Made by a program: the position numbers and the translations under genes. Positions 40,301 to 49,742 of a stretch of 49,742 nucleotides of DNA are shown here, piece by piece (the first letter of the stretch is position 1; each line of letters opens with the position of its first letter). The DNA lies in NCBI GenBank assembly GCA_001655205.1, contig LPNZ01002753.1, positions 1-49,742 on the forward strand, in the 5' to 3' direction. Under the pieces are notes generated by a model. That model was not told the DNA's origin. It saw nothing but the letters and a program-made list of their open reading frames with translations, and ran no database searches. This DNA is from Lenisia limosa (taxonomy: Eukaryota > Protista > Breviatea).

Positions 40301-42357
40301 TTTCAGAAAAGGTGGACCACTTTGAAATCAGCTCCATAGATTTCTGCTGTTGTTGAATCTATATTGTCAAATTATGTATATGTATTTATGTTGAATCTAT
40401 ATTGTCAAAGTAGGTATAGGTTGCTGAGTAATCATCAATAAGGTTTATTTGAGACAGGCAGGAATCTCTCTTATTGTCCAAACATGTAGTTCATCAGAAT
40501 ACATGGATGTAGGGGAGAAGACATGAACATGTTTAGTATAGTTGTACGCAGGTAATCCAGACTCCACCATTCATTGAATTATGGAAGTTTCTTGATCACA
40601 GAGCCCACTCTAGAGTATAGCTGGACCATTTTTGACAGTTGTTTCTGGCGCAACAACGAGAGCATGCCTGCCAGCGTCAACGTTATACCAACCTAAAGGC
40701 GTAAGAAATTCGCTGCACAGTTTCAGAGGATACTCTGTTTCCACCCTGCTTACAACTATAATATATCGCAAGAGGAAGGCTCTACTTCCAGGCTCTTCAA
40801 GCCAATAGGCAAAGAATAAGAAAAGAGGAAGCTAAACAATTAACTTTTGCGTGAACCGTTCACAATAACTTTAGGAAAGCGTTTATTAGGTATTTGGTAT
40901 CTTGCACTTGCGTTGGCAAATACTGGTTTCCACTCTATGGTCAACATATCTTCCCAATATCAGCAAATATATGTTCCTTCTGTACAGAATATTCGATGTG
41001 TAATGGGCGTTGCAGAATATATGACAGAACTCAAAGTAACACTCCCCTACTGCACTAAAGCCAACACTAAGCGGTAGTATAAGTGTGGACGCCAGGATAA
41101 GAATGCAGGAGTACGCCAGGAGGGCCGCCAGTACGAGTTCTTTCATCAGCTTGACGGCAGTGAAAATGAGCCACAAACTCATCACCACAGACTACAAGGG
41201 TTATGAATTGGTGAATTAGAATAAAAAAAGGTGATACAGAAAACATATTATATTTCAAGTGTATTATATGATTTATAATCCCATAACCTAATCATGCTGC
41301 GTTTTAATACTGTTTCAGTCAGTGATATTCTAATATACCCACGTCACCTGAAGAAGCCAATACAGAGGAGTAAAGCAAAGGTTGAACGGCCATAGTATCA
41401 CTGCAACAAGGGTCGACAGCAAGCCACTCAGACTCACCAAAAGCGTAAAGTCCTTGCGGTCAGAGTAAACACAACATTGGTATAAAAAGTGTCAATTTTT
41501 TTAAAAAAAAACAGCTTAGAGTGTCCCAAACTGAAAACTGTCACCCGCCCACCATAGTCTCAACTTCATAGAAATCAATGAGGAAAAGGCCGCAGTAGAA
41601 TCCGATCATGATGAAAAGACTGAGCCGAAGGAGGCCTTCTGCCACCTTCTCTCCTCCCCATTCTATGTGAGAGATATCTGTGGTAGGGGTTACGCCAAGG
41701 AAACATAAACGATGAATATGGAAAGGAGAAATGGGAAATGTATGATACAAAAACAACAACATTCAACTTTGTTGTTTAAAACGGTTCACATGAGGGTTGA
41801 AAAGTTGAAAACAATAAAAACAAACAAAGCTCAAGCAATTTCAGCTCCGCATCCCACTCCAGCGAGGGTAAAATATCAGTTACCCTTGAAGAGAGATGGA
41901 CGGAAGAACAAGCCAAATCCCTGGGATAACACCACAAAAATCTGAAAGTCAAAATTGTTACGAAAACAAAATTATACAGCCCCCCCATCCCGTACCCGAG
42001 AGTAACTTTGATTTCGGCCTCAGAAAAGCTGATCTGAGATCAATATACGGCTCGCTATCCTTGAAACGACCCCGGGAGCCCTAAAGAGTAAGAATGCGAA
42101 GTAACAAGACCTGTCAGGCCGAAACCATTAAGCACACCGTTGCATTTCAAAGTTTAAGATTCATCCACTTCTCTTTTTCTCTAATTACCCCCGCCCCACT
42201 CTATTAGCATAATTTCACAATAAGAGCAATGTATATTGATTTTTTTTTTCATAATACGCAAATACATATTGAACAGATAAACAGAGTTCGTAAACCAATC
42301 AGTTGCTTGAATGTTGTCCCAGCTCACCGAATCATCATTGGTGAATCGTGACGACAT
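31340..42357 (-). CDS. Transmembrane adenylyl-cyclase-like protein (TM-C1-linker-TM-C2), both class III domains degenerate; 3' end approximate
   Basis: Two TM-rich exon blocks (about 40600-41950 and 34240-35350), each followed by a cyclase-like domain. C1: ARETYDLLHSIVNTI..VISISVPSMTIAVFG, MSIHCG, VFGAAL..MIVTETVYHQL. C2: TMPAPVAAEII, FKQDGERVFVVSG, AKIACSNGPVQAGSF..LHLWS. Confidence 0.7.
34048..34067 (-). repeat. Partial copy of intronic repeat family A
   Basis: cccaaaatcaactctgttgg matches the left end of copy 2 with one extra A. It lies in an intron of the cyclase-like gene. Confidence 0.5.
35349..35395. repeat. 16-bp direct repeat (period 31) spanning a splice acceptor
   Basis: caacatgcttgggggt at 35349 and 35380; the minus strand reads acccccaag|catgttg. 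Confidence 0.8.
36368..36428. repeat. 31-bp tandem duplication spanning a splice acceptor
   Basis: gagcaacgggcctatgagggtgaatcagcat at 36368 and a near copy at 36399; the minus strand reads ...catag|gcccgttgctc twice. Confidence 0.85.
40351..40409. repeat. 21-bp direct repeat (period 38) next to a splice acceptor
   Basis: tgttgaatctatattgtcaaa occurs twice in a cyclase-like gene intron. Confidence 0.75.
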
Positions 42358-42743
42358 TGTAAATACTGTCTGCTTGTTAAACAGAAGCAAAAATCAAGAA
42401 GAAACAAACTAAANNNNNNNNNNNNNNNNNNNNNNNNNNNNNNNNNNNNNNNNNNNNNNNNNNNNNNNNNNNNNNNNNNNNNNNNNNNNNNNNNNNNNNN
42501 NNNNNNNNNNNNNNNNNNNNNNNNNNNNNNNNNNNNNNNNNNNNNNNNNNNNNNNNNNNNNNNNNNNNNNNNNNNNNNNNNNNNNNNNNNNNNNNNNNNN
42601 NNNNNNNNNNNNNNNNNNNNNNNNNNNNNNNNNNNNNNNNNNNNNNNNNGGTGGCTGTGTAGCCTGTGTCAGCCTGTGTAGCAAATTTCAAATTTTTAAG
42701 TGATTTATTCTGGGGGTTGGGACAAGACAAATATGTATGTAAA
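42354..42743. repeat. Duplicated intergenic module, copy 1 (interior is an N gap)
   Basis: 42354-42413 and 42651-42743 are identical to 49099-49158 and 49455-49547. Confidence 0.85.
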
Positions 42744-42775
42744 CAGGAGGCTTGAGAGAAAAACCAAAACCAACA

Positions 42776-45700
42776 ATGTACTTTGCCAACAGAGCTTTCT
42801 GGCTGCTGGTTTGCCTCCTGATATCAAGGTAATGCTGAATTAGGATTCCCAACTATTGTGGCATTGTTTATCGGAGGGATCCTTTGTTGTTCATATCCGA
42901 TTTTTAGTGGAGCATCACCCTTATCACGACAAAGTACTACATTGCTTTTGATTCATCCGTCAAAACTATTCCCAGGCACAGCATTCACTATTATATGTTT
43001 ATCTTGAATACTCATCGCTTATAGGACGGCATCGGTTAATATGGATGCAGGTGCTAATATTGGTATGACCGTCGCGAACAGCAGCGATCCCCACAGTCCG
43101 GCTCGGAGGGTGGGTCTGTTATCCAGTGTTATAACGAGTAACAATGCCAATACCATATCCGCCTTTTCAAAATCAGGTCATTTTATCGTCCGCATTGTGT
43201 ATGGATGGGTGAGGTCATGAATTTGCTTCTTGTTGCGTTTTTTTTTTTGACCCACGACATTTTGTGAGCTTACTGATTCAGGAATATGTTGATGAAGTCG
43301 TGAAGTTTGAAGGTGTGTGTGTGTGTGTTCAGTTTTCAACTTCTTTCTTCTAAAAATAATGAACTTTTGTTTGATTTCGAATAACAAGAAAGTGTCTCAT
43401 GAAATATCTGAATCAGGCTATGTATGTGCATTATTTAGCATCTTATTTCGGTCCCAAAATGCTACCAATATAGAATTTTGTCGACTCTCAATAGTTAGGC
43501 TGCCGTTATTCCCCTGTGACTATCACCCCGACTCACGGCACAGTTTACTGCAGGTTCAGGGGGTATCCATGAATTGTTTTAAAATGATGGTAGAACCAAA
43601 TGTGTTGTCGTATTTCTAATGTTGTTGCTAGTACACTTCACGGTGCATATGGTGTTATCTTTATATTTGCGCAACCAAAAATCCTTTTGATAGCCCCAGG
43701 TGGTCTTCGCCAACTCTCAGGAAGTGCCGTGTTACTTGCAATGAGGTAAGTTGTTGTGAAAACGTGACATGCCTGGATAAAATCATATGATATATTTCTT
43801 CTCGGGGAAATCACAAACCACAGTTTTGTACTTTGGTATTTATTTTTTCTATTCTGAGCTTGTGTTATCATGTCACGATTTGGCGTCATTTTCGGTCATT
43901 ATCCAACGGGAGAAACCTCATGTTCGCTACATGGACATGATTGCTCATTACCACTCATGTGAAAATTGACCAACTGGCCCCATGAAACAGATAGAACGCT
44001 CGGGCTTCTCTCTCGTGTTTCATACAGTTGTCATTCTGCCTTGAATGTCTGTCATTATTCAAACTCGTTGTAATGGCATAACACATTAATTAACTTATTT
44101 TCCAGTTTGTCTTAGTGACTGCTCTGTATGATATAGTCTTGACAGTTGTATACGAATAGCAAAGATAATTGGTTAAAACAACAGTTCTGAATAACGCCAG
44201 GTAATACCATACCCCACTTTATTCTCAGAATGTTGGGTGGGTGCATTTTGTTCTATCTAGTAATATTATCACTTTAGCCTTTTTCTCTTTCTGGCCCTTC
44301 CATTATCACCTGTGATGCTAACGGCTGGTCTGCAGACACTAACTGTGAAATCACCAAGAGTATGTAATATACAATTATTGACGACTCCTGACACAGGTGT
44401 GTCAACCTCTTGGGGTAATTTTTCATTGACAAAATAAATTCTGGGAAACATAAATAATATGATATGATCTGTGTATTTGATGAACCAGAATCTCCTTAAC
44501 TATTGCAGGCATCTCCGCGTCATGCGGCACCACAACTGAGAGCCTTCTTGGACGGTCCACTGCTTCAACTGAAATGGTTGACCTCGTTTCACAAAGTATA
44601 AAGGGGTAATATCAGGATACTCATTATTGTCATAGTTTCTTTCATCTATATGACCCACCCAGGGTTCGTGGATTGAATGTTTGTTCTTTACGAGTACTTT
44701 TTGGTCATCACTACATTTTATCCGCGTCCACCATCACGGAGATCATAGAGATATACTTACAATTAATTACAAATCAAATTATTGGGGGTAATTGACCGAG
44801 ATGTGTAATTTCCGTCCAATGGATATTGTTGTTGATTCCCCCCTTTTCGGATTTCCATGAATATTGTTGTCATAATTTGACTGTTTCAGCTGGAGCTACT
44901 TTTGTAAATTTCGCCGGTGGAAGAGACCTCATTTTCGGGGTGGATGCTGGTAGGCTGCTCATACTCATTTTGTCTTGATATATTATCTCAATTCAAAAGG
45001 TATTCGTTGTTTTCATTATTTTTTATTAGTATTGAAACCGATCATCGTTTCCAGATGGTGCTGTGTCATGCTGGGGCAATAGCGGCGGATACGGACTCGG
45101 ACCTCAGTGCGTCTCCACCACACCCGTCGTGAGCAAGGGGGAGATCTAGTGTTTTAGACTTTTGGCAATCTAAAAGGGAAGTCACTGATGTGAGTATTGT
45201 GCAAAGAGACTGATTGTGTTTCATTGATGATAAATGTGAATTTGTAGTAGGGATTCACATATAAACTTATTTTTGATCTGCGTCTTCACAACCTTTAAAA
45301 TGGAGTTTACATGCGTTTCCATAGTTAATCGTAAATACAGTTTTGCTGGTCTGCGGCCCCTTATCACTATCAAGGGGGGGGGGGGAAGCAGATCTAGGTG
45401 TTATAATGATCAAAGGACCTCATATATGAATCTAGCTATTTGGTTTGTGGCCCATGGGGTCGCAACTAGAGGGTCTTTGTATCATACATACTTCTGATAA
45501 GTAATATTTTTCATTGCTTTTAATAGTACGATAGTATGATATGATTGCAATTGGTGTCTTTTGGAATCCATGTCCCATTGTGGTTGCAAATTATGCATCT
45601 TTTCTATTTTATCGTGTGAATGGTGAACTTTTTTACTCTTGACTGTTTCCTCACACTCTCCAGAGCCTGCCACTTCCAAGTCCTGTCGTGGATATTGACA

Positions 45701-48017
45701 GCACCTATCTGGCCTACCTCTTTCTCCTCAGTAAGGTGGATTGTTATTGAAACTTCCAAGTTAATAGAATATTGTACTTTTTCTAATGTAATATATGTAC
45801 CTATAGGGAGATGTATTGTGGAGTAACGTTTCTCCAGATGATGGCAGCGTGTACATTCTGTCGTACTGTGGCCAGAACGAATGCTTTTCTTCCACCGACA
45901 CTCATATCACAACTCCGTCGTTGGTGAGCCAAGAGATCGTTGATCATCAAATGTGTTTTCTTTTGGGATATCCTCCTTATAATATTCCCGTCACCAATAA
46001 ACCACATATAAATTATCTGAGTTTTGACATTTTACCTTCTTTAAATCCATATCACTGAATAATCAGGCTCTCGCATGTTAGTTTTGCGCTGATCCAACAT
46101 GCATTCATTCTGTTCGACTTGTAGTTTTTTTTTGTTGTTCTTTTGATTGTTTTTCTTAAGTTTACTGTTCCAGGTGACACTTCCTGTTGGCCGTACTGGG
46201 CAAGCCATTTTCGCAGGTGTACACNNNNNNNNNNNNNNNNNNNNNNNNNNNNNNNNNNNNNNNNNNNNNNNNNTGTTGATAGTTTTTTTTTTTTCTGAAT
46301 TTGTTGTATTATTACATGTTCTTATGGGCTTCGAACCCTGCTATTTGAGTTTGTAAATATTTCTGTTTTAATTGTTTTGTGAATCTAGTTGCTGTTCCTC
46401 TATCTTCGCTCAAGTCCCTCCCTATGTTCACTTCTCCGCAGATAACAACGAAGTTTTTGCTTGCGGTAACTCTGTGATGGGTGCCCTTGGAGTTGACGGT
46501 TATTTAGTATGTTTGGATGTTGATGCCTGGTAGCGGGTTGTCTTTCTGCTGATATTGTTACTCTTTGAAAGCCTTTGAAGTTGCGTTTCCTACAGTTCTT
46601 TGAGTTCGCTTTTAACCACCTATTTTTCTTTTCTTTTATTCTCATACTTGTATATTTCTTAGGTTACCATTTAATTGCTAGTATAGTTCATTGTTCATTT
46701 CGTTAGGAGGCATAGCTAATTTTTTCCGCATTTATTTCCCTCAGACCCCAGCTGCAGTCATCACAATTCCAGGAGACAATTGTCAAACTCTCAACGCCCT
46801 ATATGCTCTTTGCCGCTCTTACCGGTTTGTGTAAGATGTTCGCATTGCTCTCTGTCACAATCATATTCTCTGAAATGATAAGTATTTATGTCAGATTTGT
46901 GATGGTTTTTTGCTCAATTCGTATCCTGATTTATGTTTCAGCCTCAAACAAGGTCTTTACAAGAGGCGACAATCGTTATGGGGCACAGTGCTTTGCAAGT
47001 AAGGTTGAACCTGTTAATATTTACTGTGTTATTCGTTTTTTCTATCATGTTATACTATTTTTTTATTGCCTATGTAGGTGATGGCTTGGACCATTTGAGT
47101 TTCTCTGAGGTCTCCGCACTTTCTGGCGAAATTATTGATGTTGACTGTACTGAGCATGTTTGCTTCTTTTTGAAGGGTATGTAGGGGGGGGGGGNNNNNN
47201 NNNNNNNNNNNNNNNNNNNNNNNNNNNNNNNNNNNNNNNNNNNNNNNNNNNNNNNNNNNNNNNNNNNNNACATGTCATTTTTTCAAATAAAAACTGCTTC
47301 GAGACTTCTCATTTTCCATATGTACAGTTGTATATATATCTAATATGTGATTTCCAATTATCATGAATCCAGCTAGTGGTGCAGTTTTTGCCTGTGGCGA
47401 CAACGCTATGGGTAACTCTGGCGGCGAACAGGTTGGCCATTGTGATCATTGTTGCTATTCTAGCATTTACTCTCACCAACTAACCACACCGAAATACTTT
47501 GTTTTGTCCAATGTTTAACTGGAGAACTGATGATGACATTCTTTTGCCCCCTATTGATACGATGTATTTTCCCCCTGGAATCTATTCTAACCACCCCAGA
47601 CGACTCCTGTTTCTATTTCGAGTCTGATTGTCGATGAAAACGGAGACACCTGCGAAATTTCGTCAATGCAAGGCCAACAGCATTACGGCCGCGTCGTGAC
47701 TTTCCTGAGTGGTTGGTGAAACTTCCGAGAATAAGATCTATCAACATTTTGTGGTATTAGAATGAAACATCATATTTGTTTATCAGGTGTCACTTTTGTC
47801 AGACATGTGCACCTCGGTGGTTATTTTTTGAAGGTTTCTGATGTTAATTTATCGCAATATCACATTACCCATTTCCTTAATATTTCCAGAACAGTGCAAT
47901 GCCGCGTTCTACATTTCAAGCTCTGCTGGCACCTATGATTGCCAAGACGGGACACACCCAGAAAGCACCTTCTACAGGCGGACAGCTACTATTTATCAAG
48001 ACAGTGGGTGCGACTGA
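42776..48017 (+). CDS. Secreted protein with Cys-rich (sushi-like) repeats followed by RCC1/BLIP-II-like repeats
   Basis: Signal MYFANRAFWLLVCLLIS, then Cys-rich exons (WSSPTLRKCRVTCNE, ITCDANGWSADTNCE). RCC1-type motifs: GAVSCWGNSGGYGLG, NEVFACGNSVMGALG, KVFTRGDNRYGH, GAVFACGDNAMGN. Ends YQDSGCD-stop. Confidence 0.7.
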
Positions 48018-48315
48018 TACATCACAACTTGATTTAATAATTTTATCGAAGTAATAATGGTAATAATACGTGGGTTTAGTGATGTTGGAATTTTTGGGGT
48101 TGATATAGTTGATTGGTATTTTTTTTTTTATTATATTATTTATTTAAGTTATTTGTACTATGGCAGCAATATATTATATTATTTAGGTATTATGAGTGCT
48201 GAATTGACTTTTACACTTTACCTCCTGCCTTCGTATCGTTTCTTTATTTCGCTTAATTTTCAACTTTGATCACGAGTGCAATGATCTAATTTCTTAATTT
48301 GTCTTGACCTCATGT

Positions 48316-48699
48316 TCAGATGTTTACATCAAGAAGCTTCATGTCTCGCGTTACGGGCAGTACATGGCCACTGAAGTAAGATAAACAGGCGTCTTTTTTA
48401 CAATGTACCCATATGTCGATTGTTGTCGAATTTCCGATTTTGTACCCCGAAATTTCACCATTGACCATCAGTATAGTCGTGGCAAAGGCTTTTAGATTTT
48501 GGAATATTCGGGGCGTATTCGTGGCAGGCCGGCTGTTATTTTCTTCTTCTTGTGTTTTGTACTTACAACCAAGGGAAACTCCCTTCAAAACATACAATCC
48601 CAATGATCTGAAAGATCTGAAAAATCCACGAAAGATCTGATAGTCTTTTGTTTCCCGTTTCTCCCATAAAATCCCCCATCCCCCTCTACACAAAATCAC
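48316..48699 (-). CDS. Unassigned open reading frame / possible exon(s) of a gene downstream of the duplicated promoter
   Basis: 127-codon open frame with splice-like signals upstream (48700-49070). No recognisable motif. Confidence 0.25.
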   Translation of the reverse strand: MILCRGGWGILWEKRETKDYQIFRGFFRSFRSLGLYVLKGVSLGCKYKTQEEENNSRPATNTPRIFQNLKAFATTILMVNGEISGYKIGNSTTIDIWVHCKKDACLSYFSGHVLPVTRDMKLLDVNI

Positions 48700-49098
48700 A
48701 AAATGAGTATTATTAAAAGAGCCAAAAGAGGAAGACGACTATGCTTTGAATCCGAAGCTTGAAAAACCCATTCGCGTTTTCATTCAAACCAAGTTCCCAA
48801 GACTTGTGTCACTGAAGGGGATGCTTCAAAATGAAAAGACCAGGGATGTACTTCAATTAACAATATTCAAAAAAAGAGAAACATCTATTCTGGTAGTGTT
48901 TCGGGTGACACTGTGCAAAATCAGCCGAGAGGTATGCTTCAATTGCACTCAGAATCGTAGAAAAATTGACTTTTCAGAGAATAATAGAAGATTTATAAAC
49001 TATTCAGTACCCCCCAACATTATTTCTGCCAAGGGTCTCACGATCGCAGTTGCCAATGTTCTAAAATAGTCATTGATTATGTGGAAATTTGAAAAAAT

Positions 49099-49547
49099 AC
49101 ATTGTAAATACTGTCTGCTTGTTAAACAGAAGCAAAAATCAAGAAGAAACAAACTAAACTATTTCAAGGGTAGTATTGTACAAAAGCAGCGATTGAATTA
49201 ATGGAAATGCATATTATGTCTACCTTTGCTGACCATGAGTTCAAGTTGATCACAGCGTGGCCATGTCTCCTACGCCTGTGTTTACGTTTATATTTTAAAT
49301 TATGAAATACGCGGCTGGGAAAGACTGCTAGCGAGTGGTGCGGTACTTATACTAACATTAAACTGTACTTAGAGTCCTGTTTGATCCAATTTGCTCATCG
49401 CTATTTTGAGGTATATAAATATTATTAATATCTACAACGTAAGGGTGCTAACAAGTGGCTGTGTAGCCTGTGTCAGCCTGTGTAGCAAATTTCAAATTTT
49501 TAAGTGATTTATTCTGGGGGTTGGGACAAGACAAATATGTATGTAAA
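49099..49547. repeat. Duplicated intergenic module, copy 2 (449 bp, gap-free)
   Basis: Both ends match copy 1 base for base. On the minus strand it contains a donor, polypyrimidine tract, acceptor and ATG (...cagacag|tatttacaatg). Confidence 0.85.
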
Positions 49548-49742
49548 ACTAAAATTGGCCCTCTTCTTTCCCTCTTATCCTTATAATAGTTGAATGAATG
49601 TCCAGTAACTCTCCAGCAAACGTCTGATACGGGTACTGTTCAAATAGTCAGGAAAAGGTACGCAATGACATTATCATTCACACTGTGCATCATAACACCT
49701 CCTATTTTAAGGGGCAAAAGTCAAGCTATCGTTACATATTCC

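Noticed and set aside
46400-46645. Basic 81-aa minus-strand ORF
   Set aside because: It is antisense to an RCC1-repeat exon (DNNEVFACGNSVMGALG) and to T-rich intron sequence.
2008-47366. Many track ORFs containing runs of X
   Set aside because: They stay open only because N gaps hide stop codons; they are not evidence of genes.

Overview
Compact, very intron-rich eukaryotic genomic DNA: exons mostly 40-150 nt, GT-AG introns about 50-200 nt, and many N gaps abutting poly-G/C runs. Axonemal genes imply a flagellated organism; the species cannot be identified. Manual splicing supports ten multi-exon genes in strictly alternating orientation: CFAP44 (-, runs off the left edge), an unknown Ser/Pro-rich gene (+), TMF1 golgin (-), secreted C-type lectin (+), NF-YB/Dr1-like histone-fold protein with a long TP-rich N-terminus (-), DUF445 membrane protein (+), sideroflexin (-), IQUB (+), an ~11 kb twin-domain transmembrane adenylyl-cyclase-like gene with catalytically degenerate domains (-), and a secreted Cys-rich/RCC1-repeat protein (+). 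Non-coding structure includes a 98-bp hAT-type MITE with an 8-bp TSD, a dispersed ~80-bp intronic repeat, tandem duplications straddling splice sites, homopolymer G/C runs at splice sites, a long intronic hairpin, and a second copy of an entire bidirectional promoter region. Exon boundaries were inferred by eye; gene ends are approximate where stated. No rRNA, tRNA or CRISPR array was recognised.
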